A stretch of DNA of 64,000 nt, from contig JAHRHZ010000098.1 in NCBI GenBank assembly GCA_024137785.1, positions 38,669,231 to 38,733,230 on the forward strand, in the 5' to 3' direction. This document shows, one piece after another, positions 38,580-49,995 of the stretch; within the stretch, counting starts at the first letter, position 1, and each line of letters opens with the position of its first letter. The notes below the pieces were generated by a model that saw only the letters and a program-made list of their open reading frames with translations, did not search any database and had not been told where the DNA came from. The position numbers were made by a program, and so were the translations under genes. This DNA is from Ginglymostoma cirratum (Eukaryota).

Positions 38580-39512
38580 ATGTGACACTAAAATAGGTGG
38601 GAAATAAGAAATGAGCAATGGGCCAATGAAGAAATTAAAAAATCTACAAGTGGATGTGGGCAGGTTTGGTGTATGGGCCAAAATTTCGGCTGATAAAGTT
38701 TAACTTGGATAAATGTGAGGCTATCCATTTTAGGCAGAGGAATACAAAGGCAACTTATTATCTAAATGGAGAGAAATTTCAGAGTGCTTCCATTCAGAAG
38801 GATCTGAGTGTTTTCATGCATTAACTGCAGAAAGCTAGTATTCAGGTACAGTACCTAGTAAGGAAAGCAAATGAAATTTTGGCATTTAATACTGAAGGAA
38901 TACAGTATAAAAGTAGGAAAACGTTGCTGCAACTGTCCAAGCATTAGATGGACTGCACCTGGAGCATTGTGTACTGTTATGGGCCACTTACTTGAGGGAG
39001 AATGTAGTTGCATTAGAGGGAGAAGTTGTTCACTAGATTGATTCTAGAGATTAGTGGTATGTCTTATCAAGAAAGATTGCACAGTTTAGATCCTTACTAT
39101 CTGGAGTTCAGAAGAATGGCAGGAGATCTAATTGAGGCACAAAGGATGCTAAACAGGACTGACAAAGCAGACGCAGAGAAAATGTTTCCTCACGTTGGGC
39201 AATCTAGAACAAAAGGACACAGCTTTAGGATAAGGGCTGGCAGATTTAAAATAGTGACGAGGAGGAATTACTTCTGTCAGAGGGTCGTGAATCTGTGGAA
39301 TTCACTGCCCCAGAGTGGCGTGGATGCTGGGACGTTGAATAAATTTAAGGAGACAGACAGATTTTTAATTGGTAATGGTTTGAAGGTCTGAGAGAGCAGG
39401 CAGGCAAGTGGATTTGAGACTGAGATGAAACCAGCCATGATCGTATTAAATGGCAGAGTAGACTCATGGGTCTGAATTGCCTCGTTCTGCTCCCAGTTCC
39501 CACGTTCTAACA
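38580..39512 (+). mobile_element. CR1 LINE RT C-terminus and 3' UTR
   Basis: ORF 39026-39391 has FTRLILEISGMSYQERL...GDLIE...SRTKGHSFRI...RNYFCQRVVNLWNSLPQ. Confidence 0.92.
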
Positions 39513-39813
39513 TTATAGTGCATTTTGATTCACACATTTACAATGAGACACGCTAACATCTATAATCCAAAAATTCTAAAATCCAAAGATGATTTGGTCC
39601 TAAGCATTCTGGACTGAATAAATAATATACTCTATTATATAACAGTCGATAGACAGCAGGCAAATAGTAGTGTTATCAACGATCTTAGTTACTCTATGAT
39701 CACCAATGAATATCTTGTGCAAAATCTTTGAGAAACGAAGAAATAGCGCAAGGTGTCTACCATTAATGGATGAAACATTACTGCAATTAAATCCTTGGAG
39801 TTTTTTTCTATTA

Positions 39814-40114
39814 ATACATTCACAGGATGCGATCGTCGCTGGCTACATAAGCATTTATTACACATCTCGAATTGCCCAGAGGTTATTTAAGATTCGCCAC
39901 ACTGTTGTGTGTCTGGAGTCACAGGTAAGGCTGGCAGTCTCCTTCCCTAAAGGATATTAGTGAACCAGATGGGATTTACCAACAATCCATTTTTAATCTC
40001 ATTTTTAGACTCTTAATCCCAGAATTTTTAAAATTGAATTCACTATGGTGGGAATTGAACCCGGGTTTCTGGATTAACAGTCCAGTGATAATACCACTAG
40101 TCCATTACCTCCCC
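39814..40114 (-). mobile_element. tRNA-derived shark SINE, near full length
   Basis: Minus strand: ggggaggtaatggactagtggtattatcactggactg...ggttcaattcccacc (A/B boxes), then body and LINE-shared tail. Confidence 0.85.
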
Positions 40115-40925
40115 TTTGTTCTTTACTGGAGAGAAAGTATATTCAAATGTCACGTGAAGCTATGTTTGAAAATTAAGCATCTCAGTTCAGAGAATCCAGA
40201 ACAATAATAAGCAGACTTCATTCCCTCATACTAACATCAAAAAAAAAGAAATGCACGAGTAAAATGTAAGCATCAAAATTCTCTTGTATATTACCTTATA
40301 GTCTCCCCATAGCAAAGCAGCCCAATTTGTCCACATTTGACAAGTGTCTATCAGGCAGAAATTAGGGTGGATATAACCTTTTGGGGCTCAATGTTTCAAG
40401 GGCTGTTTTGCGAAATTCCAGTTCTTATAATTCTCTCTCCCGAAGATGATTCATAGGACTTGGATCCATGGACACCAACAGTTCTCCAGTGTCCCATTAA
40501 AGTGACTATTTTTCCCATGTTTCCTTAAACTGGCTAGTTAATAGTTTGAGAGTTCATACCTGGTTTCACTCATCAGCCATAGACATAATTTTCATGTGAA
40601 TGTGCAATGGTCTACAGGCCAGCAATAAAGGTACAGGAACCTTGAAAGTTGTGCCCTTTTTTTGAAAACCTGTGGGCACTGAAACTGGTTGCACCAACCA
40701 GTCATCAGCGTGTAAAATAATTAGAGAGAGACTGGAGGACCCTTGACTTCTGAAACAGCGTGTTTCAGACAGAGTGTGCGGTCAGCAACTTCATAAAAGA
40801 GTGTCAGAGGAAGCAAGAACATCAGCTTACAAACAGCATGAGACACAGCCAAGTCTGCAAACTCTCAAACAGCACGAGAAAGCATGAAGATAGCAGCTCC
40901 ATAAACAGTCAATACAGCGTGCACC

Positions 40926-42700
40926 TAGAGGAACACAGCAGGTTAGGCAGCATTACAGGAGCAAGAAAATTGACGTTTGGGTTTATATCCTTCATCAGGG
41001 TTGAGGAGGGTGAAGGCAGCTCAGAAATAAATGGAGTGAAGGGGTGGGACTTGGGGAAGGTAGGCGGGATAGTAATAGGTGGATGCAGGTAGGGTATTAT
41101 GGAGATAGGTCATGGGAAGGGTGGGGCAGATAGGTGAGAAAGATGATGGACAGGTTGTGTCAGGTCAAGGAGGTGGGGATAAAAGGGGGGGGGTTGGACA
41201 TGGGATGAGGCTGGAGGTAGGGAGATTTTGAAACTGGTGAATCCCATGTTGAGGCCATCGGGCTGTAGGCTCCTGAGGCGGAATATGAGGTGTTGCTCCT
41301 CCAGTTTACGTGTGGCGTCATTGTGACACTGGAGGCGGCCCAGGATGGACATGTCGCCCAGGGAGTGGGAGGGGGAGTCAAAATGGTTGGCAACTGGAAA
41401 TGCTGTTGATTATAGCGTACAGAGTACAGATGTTCTGTGAATCAGTCACCAAGTCTACACTCGGTCTCACAGATGTAGAGGAGGCCACACTGGGAGCAAC
41501 AGATACAGCAGACCAAGTTGGAGGACGTACAGGTGAATCTCTGTTGGATTTGGAAAGATTGTTTGGGGCTTGGATGGAGGTGAGAAGGGAGGTGTCATGG
41601 CAAGTTTAGTACTTCTTGTGGTTGCAGGGAAAGGTGCCGGGTGTGACGGAGAGTGTGGAGTGGCCGAGGGAGTTGCATAATGAGCAGTCCATATGAAAGG
41701 AAGTTTGGGGTGGGTCGGATTGCAGACGGTGAAAGTGGCGGAGGATTATATGCTGGATGTGGAGGTTGGTGGGGTGGTATGTGATGAGCAGGGGGACTCT
41801 GTACTTACTTTTGTTGTGGGCAGGGGGTTTGAGGGTAGAAGTGTGGGAAATGCAAGAGATGCAATAGAGGGCATTACGAATAACTGGAAGGGAGAAGTTG
41901 TGATCCTTGATGTAGGAGGACATCAGTGATGTCTGGGAGTGGACGCTTCATCTTGGGAGCAGAAGTGGTGGAGGTGGAGGAATTGGGTGTATGGGATCAC
42001 ATTCCTGCAAGACGGTGGGTGAGAAGTGGCATAGTCAAGGTAGCTATGGGAGTCAGTGGGTTTGAAATACATATTGGTGCTGAGACAATTACCGGAGATG
42101 GAGACGGAGAGGTTAAGGAAGGGAGGTGTTGGAGATGGTCCAGATGAATTTGAGGTTGGGGTGAAAGGTGTTAGTAAAGTTGATGAATTGTTTGAGCTCC
42201 TCTTGGGAGCACGAGGCAGTGCGAGGAAGAGGCGAGGGCTGGTACCAGTGTAACTGCAGAAGAAGGACTGTTCCATGTATCCTACAAAGAGGCAGGCACA
42301 GCGTGGGTCCATGGGGGTGCCCACAGCCACCTCTTCAGTTGGTCGGGAGTGGGATAAAGGCATCAGCGGGAGCAGCTGAGGCGACCGCATAGTTAATGGC
42401 ACGAGGCGAATTAAGGAGGTGGTTGTGGAAAGGGTTGGGGTCTAGGGTAGTGGAGGTGGTCTGTGTTTGGAGGTAAGCACGAGCAAGTTGGATGTACTTA
42501 TGATCCATGATGTCCAATAGGGCGGAGAAAAAGCATTTGTTGAGGGTGTGGATCCTGCGTAGAATGAAAAACAGTAGCGAGATCCTTTGTGGTCTGGGAA
42601 AAGGCGTCGGTGGGAGTGGCCAAGGCAACCACGTGATTAATGGCGCCAGGCGAAACATGTCAGCGGGAGCGGCCAAAGCGACCATGTGTTAATGACACCC
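40926..42700 (-). mobile_element. Penelope-like element (N-terminal region, RT, GIY-YIG, terminus), deleted and degraded
   Basis: VAVGTPMDPRCACLFVGYMEQSFF (RT), LSTNMYFKPTDSHSYLDYATSHP, RVPLLITYHPTNLHIQHIILRHFHRLQSDP, ATRKLEEQHLIFRLRSLQPDGLN; ~55-bp internal repeats at 42335-42700. Confidence 0.92.
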
Positions 42701-42789
42701 AGCTTCATAAACAGACTAGTGTGCTTACGTGAGAAGGGTAGTGGTGACATGAGATTTAAAGAAACATTAACAGATAAGCCATTGAGTGA

Positions 42790-43022
42790 TTGAGTTGTAC
42801 AGCATGGAAACAGATCCTTCAGTCCAACTCGTCCATGTTGATGAGATATCCTAAATTATTCTAGTCCCATTTGCCAGCATTTGGTCCATATCCCTCTAAA
42901 CCCTTCCTATTCACGTCCCGATCCCGATGACTTTTAAATGTTTTAATTATATCAGCCTCCAGCACTTCCTCTGGCAGCTCATTCCATACACACACCACCC
43001 TTTGTGGAAAAAGTTGCCCCTT
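42790..43022 (-). mobile_element. CR1 LINE 3' end
   Basis: FPQRVVCVWNELPEEVLEADIIKTFK...KGLEGYGPNAGKWD. Confidence 0.88.
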
Positions 43023-43174
43023 AGTGTAATACAACAGGAAAGCAGGTAGGTGATTGGTTGGTATTTCTTCTGTATCTCTTAGTTGGCCAAGTTGAAAAGT
43101 ACACTTAAGAAATTCATTCTCGAAGTATTTAATATCCAAATTAATAATAGAAAGATGACTAGGAAGGACTGGGA

Positions 43175-43414
43175 AAAAAATCAAAGTTGTTGGAGAAGCT
43201 CAGCAGGTCTGGCAACATCTGTGAAGGAAAAAACGGAGTTAATGTTTCGGGTCTGGCGACCCTTCTTCAGAACCCCTTCTGGAGAAAGGGTCACCGAACC
43301 CGAAACGTTAACTCTATTTTTTCCTTCACAGATGCTGCCAGACCTGCTGAGCTTCTCCAGCAACTTTGTTTTTGTTCCTGATTTACAGCATCCACAGTTC
43401 TTTCGGTTTTTATT
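43175..43414. mobile_element. Palindromic PLE-terminus mini-element with 15-bp TSD
   Basis: Arms 43182-43272 and 43277-43368 are inverted copies; taggaaggactggga at 43160-43174 and 43415-43429. Confidence 0.9.
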
Positions 43415-43474
43415 TAGGAAGGACTGGGAGATGTCTTGCTCCTACAGAGTGTGGAAGCTAGGGAAGAGCTGAAA

Positions 43475-44395
43475 CTATGAGGTCATGCACTTCGGAAGGA
43501 AGAATAGGTGACTATTTGGCCCCCATATTTAAAAACGGATGTATTGACATTGGAAGCAGTTCAAAAGAGATTCACTAGATTGATTCCAGGGATGAAAGGT
43601 TGATACATCAAGAATGGCTAAATAGGTTAGTCCTTTATTCATTACCGTTTAGAAGAATGAAGGGGTAATCTCATTGAAGCACACATGATTGTGAAGGGGC
43701 TTGACAGGGAGCATGTTGAGATGATGTTTCTATTATTGGGGTAATGTGATCTTGGGGACATAGTTACAGAACAAGTGATCATTCATTTAAAACTGAGGTG
43801 CAAAGGCATTTCTTTTCTGGGAGGCAAATGAATGCCTGGTTTTTCCTGCCCGAGAGAGCTGTGGAGGTTAGATCACTGAAAGTATTTAAAAAGGAATTTG
43901 ATAGATTTTTGAAATATTAAAGAACTGAGAGCTCACAGAATCAGAATCCCTACAGTGTGGAAGCAGGCCACTCAGCCCATCGAGTCCACACAGATCCTCT
44001 GAAAAGTATCCCACCCAGACCCGCTTCCCCAACACTATCACCTATAACCCAGCACTTCCCAATGGCTAATCCACCTAGCCTGCACATCCCTGGACACTAT
44101 GGGCAATTTAGCACAACCAACCACCTAACCTGGAAACCTCAATACTGGGAGGAAACCCACACAGACATGGGGAGAATGTGCAAACTCCACACTGACAGAC
44201 AGTTGCCCAAGGATGGATTTGAACCCAGGACCCTGGTACTGAGAGGCAGCAGTGCTAACCACTGTTGATAGTTATGTGGATGTGGGTTTAAAGAGAGGTT
44301 CAAGTCTGGGACAGATTAGCCATGATCTTATTGAATGGCAGGGCAGGCTTGAAGGGCTGAATGGCCTACTCCTGCTTCCATGTTCTTACGTTCTT
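43475..44395 (+). mobile_element. CR1 LINE 3' fragment interrupted by an HE1 SINE
   Basis: gaggtcatgcacttcggaagg (EVMHFGR), ttggaagcagttcaaaagagattcactag (LEAVQKRFTR); tail resumes after 44266. Confidence 0.85.
43934..44264 (-). mobile_element. HE1-type V-SINE
   Basis: ggaaacccacacagacatggggagaatgtgcaaactccacac...gaggcagcagtgctaacc. Confidence 0.9.
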
Positions 44396-45107
44396 TTTAT
44401 TGCCATAGTTTAGAACGATGCCTTTGTTCTAATTTATAGGCTGAAGTTCATATCTTCTTGGACTGAGTGCTCAGCAGGTCAGGGTAACTGATGATGAATG
44501 TTTTTTGTACATTTTAGTTGAATTCAAATTACAAATATACACCTAGTTCTTTGTCATGCATATTCAAATCATAAAAAACACACTGACAATACATCAGATT
44601 ACTATTTAATACAGAATAAATGAGTCACAGATTAAACCTTTCCTGAGATGCATCATATCAAAGACATTTTATTTATTGCTATTCAAATTAGTAAACCACA
44701 CTGTTACAATACTGGGATAGCAAACCAGACCTTATCAGCTTCTCAATCAGTAATTTGCAGTGAAATTCAAATATTCTATGATCCTCAAAATTGCTCAAAC
44801 GTTCCTAACCAGACTTTACAAATAACCATCTTGATCCCAAATTTATAACATAAACAAAAATAACAATTTATTATTAACAATGTAATGCAGCCTTTCTTAA
44901 ACAATGGCACATCTTTAGCCACCCCATCCCCACCAGTCTTCTAGCACCTCACCTGTGGCTGTCGATGATGAACTACAAGACAATCTAATTAATATCTACG
45001 ATGGAAGCTCAATTTTCTTTGGTCACTAATCTCCACCCGCTCGCTGACAGACAGACAGACATAGTTACGAGATAAGTTTAAAAAATAAAAGAATCATAAT
45101 TTGTAGT

Positions 45108-45857
45108 GTCATAGAGATGTATAGCATGGAAACAGACACTTTGGGTCAATTCCTCCATGCCAATCAGATATCCTAAATTACTCTTGTCCCATTTCCCATC
45201 ATTTGACCAATATCCCTCTCAACCCTTCCTATTCACATAACCATTCAGATGCATTTTAAATGTTGTAATTGCACCTGCCCCCACCACTTCTTCTGGCAGT
45301 TCATTCCATACGCACACCACCCTCTGTCTGACAGAGGATTCCCTTTAGCTTCCTTTCAAATCTTCTCACCTTAAACTTGTGCCTTCTAGTTTTGGACTCT
45401 CACACCCTGGAGAAGAGATGTTGGCTATTCACCCTATCCATGCCCCTCTTGATTTTATAAACCTCTATAAGGTCACACTTCAGCTTCCGATGCTCCAGGG
45501 AAAATAGCCCCAGCTTATTCATCTTCTCCCTATAGCTCAAACCCTCCAACCCTGGCAACATCTTTGTCAATCTTTTCTGAACTCTTTCAAGCTTAACAAC
45601 ATCTTTCCTGTAGTAAGGGGACCAGATCTGAAGTATGCCAAAAATGGCCTAACCGATGTCCTGTACAGCCACAACATGACCTCTCAACTCCTATACTCAA
45701 TGCGTCAACCAATAAAGGCAAGCATACCAAATGCCTTCTTCACTACCCTGTCTAACTGCGACTCTACTTTCAAGGAACTACGAACCTGCACTCTAAGGTC
45801 TCTTTATTCAGTAACACTCCCTAGGACCTTACTGTTAAGTGTAAAAGTCCTGCCCTG
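45108..45857 (-). mobile_element. CR1 LINE 3' fragment
   Basis: Reverse-complement match to the 8040-8662 family (ccctccaaccctggcaacatc, aaggcaagcataccaaatgccttc). Confidence 0.9.
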
Positions 45858-46777
45858 CTAGTTTGCTAGTAAGTTGCTCATTTGATAACCATTTCAATGA
45901 TAAATACCAAGCCTTCATGAAATCTGATGGGTTGCATTACAGGCACACAGGATTGTATCTTGCTTGAAACCAAATGTCAATGCAAACAGCTTCAAAAGAC
46001 TTCCGGTGACTTTTCCTCATTTGTTTAAAGACTGGGGTTCTTGGGACTTTCTGCAAGTCGATTACTTGGGAATAAACAAAGAGCGCTTCCAAAGAAATAC
46101 TGCCACCAGTGCAAAATTCAGTTAAAACTAATTCATTTTTTGGTTTCTCTTTAATTTTCAATATTTTTGTGTTCAATGTTGGCTGGCCGGCATTGGTCCT
46201 CTGTTGATTGACCAATTCAACATCCAATCAGCTGCCAGTCCCTGAACATCATAACATCTCGGTACCATTTGTCCATGGTTTGCGAGAGCAATACTTAACG
46301 TGCATTATCTTTCCAGGCCAGTTCCCAGCAGCAAACATCAGTATTTTGGTCCTTGTGTTTTTTATAAAAGAAGCTGCTGTTCTAAGTTCAATTCTCAATG
46401 ACAACTCACAATTCCAAACCAAAAATGAAAAAAGAACTAAAATAATGATGGCCCCAGCAACTGAGGGAGATGCTTTGAGCAGTGTTTCTTTACAGCAGTA
46501 TTCAATTCTTTGCCAGCAGATGGTAGTCTTAGTTAGAAGAAGTTACTAAACATTAGACATATGCAGGGGAAGTTCAGAATGTTTTAACATTTAAATAGCA
46601 TTTTTCTTAGTACTGTTCTTCAGCCTGTAGTTTAATGCCTTAGGTAGAGATTTCATAGCACAAACAAATATAGAGAATTCTTCATTACTGTGGAAGGATG
46701 TAATTAAACATCACTTTGATAAATTCTTTAAGGTCAACTTCTAAACTGCAGCATTTTATTTTCAGGTGTCTCTGTAA

Positions 46778-47735
46778 TGTGATCTGGAGGAAGGTTTAGA
46801 TGGTGTGATTAGCAAGTTTGCAGATGACACTAAGATTGGTGGAGTAGCAGATAGTGAAGGGGACTGTCAGAGAATGCAGCAGAATATAGATAGATTAGAG
46901 AGTTGGGTGGAGAAATGGCAGATGGAGTTCGATCCAGGCAAATGCGAGGTGATGCATTTTGAAAGATCCAGTTCAAGAGCGAACTATACGGTAAATGGAA
47001 AAGCCCTGGGGAAAATTGATGCACAGAGAGATCTGGGTGTTCAGGTCCATTGTACCCTGAAGATGGCAACGCAGGTCGATAGAGTGGTCAAGAAGGCATA
47101 CGGCATGCTTTCATTCATCAGACGGGGTACTGAGTACAAGAGTTGGCAGGTCATGTTGCAGTTGTATAGGAATTTGGTTCGACCACATTTGGCATACTGC
47201 GTACAGTTCTGGTCGCCACATTACCAAAAGGATGCGGATGCTTTGGAGAGGGTGCAGAGGACGTTCGCCAGGATGTTGCTTGGTGTGGAGGGCGCTAGCT
47301 ATAAAGGGGGTCGAGTAGATTAGGATTATTTACATTAGAAAGACAGAGGTTGAGGGGGGACCTGATTGAGGTCTACAAAATCATGAGAGGTATAGACAGG
47401 GTGGAGAGCAAGAAGCTTTTTCCCCCACAGTGGGGGACTCAATTACTAGAGGTTACGATTTCAAGGTGAGAGGGGAAAGTTTAAGGGAGATATGCGTGGA
47501 AAGTTCTTTACGCAAAAGGTGGTGGATGCCTGGAACGTGTTGCCAGCGGAGGTGGTAGAGGTGGGCATGATAGCGTCATTTAAGATGTATCTAGACAGAT
47601 ACATGAATGGGCAGGGAGCAGAGGGATACAGATCTTTGGAAAATAGGTGACAGGTTTAGATAGAGGATGTGGATTGGCGCTGGCTTGGAGGGCTGAAGGG
47701 CCTGTTCTTGTGCTGTAATTTTTTTTGTTCTTTGA
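46778..47735 (+). mobile_element. Young 5'-truncated CR1 LINE (RT to 3' end)
   Basis: ORF 46805-47323 has ISKFADDTKIGGV...WQMEFDPGKCEVMHF...RDLGVQVH...LVRPHLAYCVQFWSPHY; CpGs retained. Confidence 0.95.
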
Positions 47736-48089
47736 TGAAATTTTATATTTCCTTGTGAAGTCCCCTTAGCACTGTACCCATTCTGTCTAAATTTGACATA
47801 TAACTTTGTTGTTCAACTGTTGTCTAACAATTTGACAGTTTTACAGTCAGTGAGTAGTCCAGCAGAAGATTATTGAAACAGATATGTTGCACTCTCCTCA
47901 ACAACTTTGCTGGATGATCCCATTAGTGTGTTCTTGTTCCTCTTTTCTTATGCAGACCAGTTCTGCAATCTATTTTTTAGCAACCATTTTCAATAATGAG
48001 TTGTTAGAAAATAAATCACAAGGAAAATACAAATCTCATTTGAAGCTTGTGAAAATTGAGATTAAGGATTTGAGCCTCCCACTTATCAC

Positions 48090-48860
48090 GAAGGGATACT
48101 AATTAAACACAATGGTCACCTCAATCCAATTCAGCAAGTCTGATAGTGTTTTCCCCCCGCTTCTGTGTTTTGAAACACTTCATTTTTGTTTTCCTGTAAA
48201 ATCACAAGGCAAAAGTAACATGCAAGAATGAAAGCACACTCATTATCTATTTTTCACGCAAATTAGCACCCTCACCCTTCACGTGATAAGCAAGTGGAGT
48301 AATGGAATTATGAATATTTTTAACCTTTATTAATGCTGCTGAATCTGAATCATTGGACAAATATGGCAAGCTGACCAGGCGACTAAATCACAGTCGCCTC
48401 ACGCATCACATCTGAGGTCTGAAAGCCTTAAGCTTGTCTTTGCATCATTCAAGCAAAAGTGGATTTCCCCTGTCAGGGTGGCAATTCACGCAGCCATTCG
48501 ATACTACAACTCCTTACTTAATTCTGTAACAAAAAAGTCCAACGTGCAGCATATGTACAGGTTTATTCTGTTACAATGAATATTACATTAAAAAAATGAT
48601 ACATCATTGAGCTCATCAGCAGTTATTTGGCCTGATGAACAATTTAGATGATTTCTAAGAATTTGTGCAACCTCTCTTGCCATATCGAATGGCAACATTA
48701 ACTGAGCTAAGTTGGCATTATTTGCATTGAAAAGAAATGACAGTGTAACATGATTTTCTTTTTGAAAAAAAGTATTTGAAGGGGCAAACTTTACACTAAA
48801 TGGACTTTTATTTAAACGCACTTGCATATGTTACGATTGTCATCATACGCTTACCCACAC
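48090..48860. promoter_or_regulatory. Putative conserved non-coding element
   Basis: Repeat-free; CACGTG overlapping GATAAG, TAAT clusters, CpG-retaining hairpin aggcgact-N7-agtcgcct; inference only. Confidence 0.4.
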
Positions 48861-49869
48861 AAGCAGGAACAACCAAAAGATAGTTGAGTTTACATTCTGT
48901 TGGCTAGATTTTACTTAAAACAAAACCCTTTAAAGATTTACTTGTTACCTTTATCTTCTTATTTTAAAAAAAGCCACAGAATTTGTCATCAAGATGGGGC
49001 AGCAAAGGAAAGCTCCCTGAATTCTTTGAACTGTTGCAAATCACAAATCAAGTAATTCTCTGCCCTTTGACCTTCCACTGTAGGGCAGTTCCTTGGATAG
49101 GCAAAATTGCAATGTTTCATGGTACACCATCCTCTATGCAGCCACTGTTCATATACACAAAGAAAATATGCTTACAAAGTAAAAAAACTGAAACCTTAAC
49201 AAATGTTTCTTTTTCCAGCACATAACTGCACAGCTGACATTGGAAAGGTATCTATTAAAGGGTGGCTTTAAACTATTCAAGTTGAACATTTCCATTGTAA
49301 AATGGAAGAGTTTGTATATTTCAGTCCAGTAAGTGGCGCTAAAATACCACATTACATCACATAAAGAGCCCTGTTTTCATCTGAAGTAATCTTCATCCTC
49401 TTGACACATGCAGAATTGAAATTAGAGATTTAACTCCTACTCTAATCAACTGAAAACTGGGTATATTTCAGCAAAATCTGTGCAAGGACTTCAAAACCTG
49501 CAGGGAACCTTCTGCCACTTCTGCTCCCACCTGCTCCTCCAATCTCCCCAACCAGGCACTCTGGAGTAACCACCCAAACCCAACTAACTGCTCCTTCAAA
49601 TCCCCATTAACACCGTAAGACCTTAAAAAGCTTAATTATGATGGCAGCTGGTGTCGTAAAAAGGAGAATAGTGTCTCTGCGGGTCCTCTTCACTGCTGTC
49701 TATAGATTGCTGTGTTATATGAGATCACAGGCAACTGGAACAAGAAGACTCAGCTGCAAGGACTGTTTTTTTCCTATTCATTTGTGGTATACTGATAAAT
49801 GTAGAAGGCTGCTGACCAGAAAATTCTAGGCCCATCTCTTGGATAATATGTTATACTGAAATGCTGTAT

Positions 49870-49995
49870 AGCCTACTCAGGTGAACTTAAAAGATGATAT
49901 GTTATTATTCGAAGAGTAGGGGGGTCTTGTGTCCTAGAATATCACCAAAAGAAGACTATCTTGTCATTCAATTCACTTGATGTCTGTGGGACTTT
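49870..49995 (+). mobile_element. Degraded Deu-domain SINE remnant (SacSINE1/AmnSINE-like)
   Basis: ctcaggtgaacttaaaagatg...tattcgaagagtagggg...gtgtcctag...tatcttgtcatt...gtctgtggga resembles the recalled Deu core. Confidence 0.45.

Noticed and set aside
42335-42700. ~55-bp spaced direct repeats, superficially CRISPR-like
   Set aside because: Diverged internal repeats in the PLE N-terminal region of a eukaryotic genome; no constant repeat/unique spacer pattern and no cas genes.
45937-46549. ORFs of 96 aa (-) and 113 aa (+) in unique sequence between inverted CR1s
   Set aside because: No convincing splice sites or homology; lengths compatible with chance.
46805-47323. 172-aa reverse-transcriptase ORF as a possible domesticated gene
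   Set aside because: Ordinary 5'-truncated CR1 with a frameshift near 47305 and its own 3' tail.
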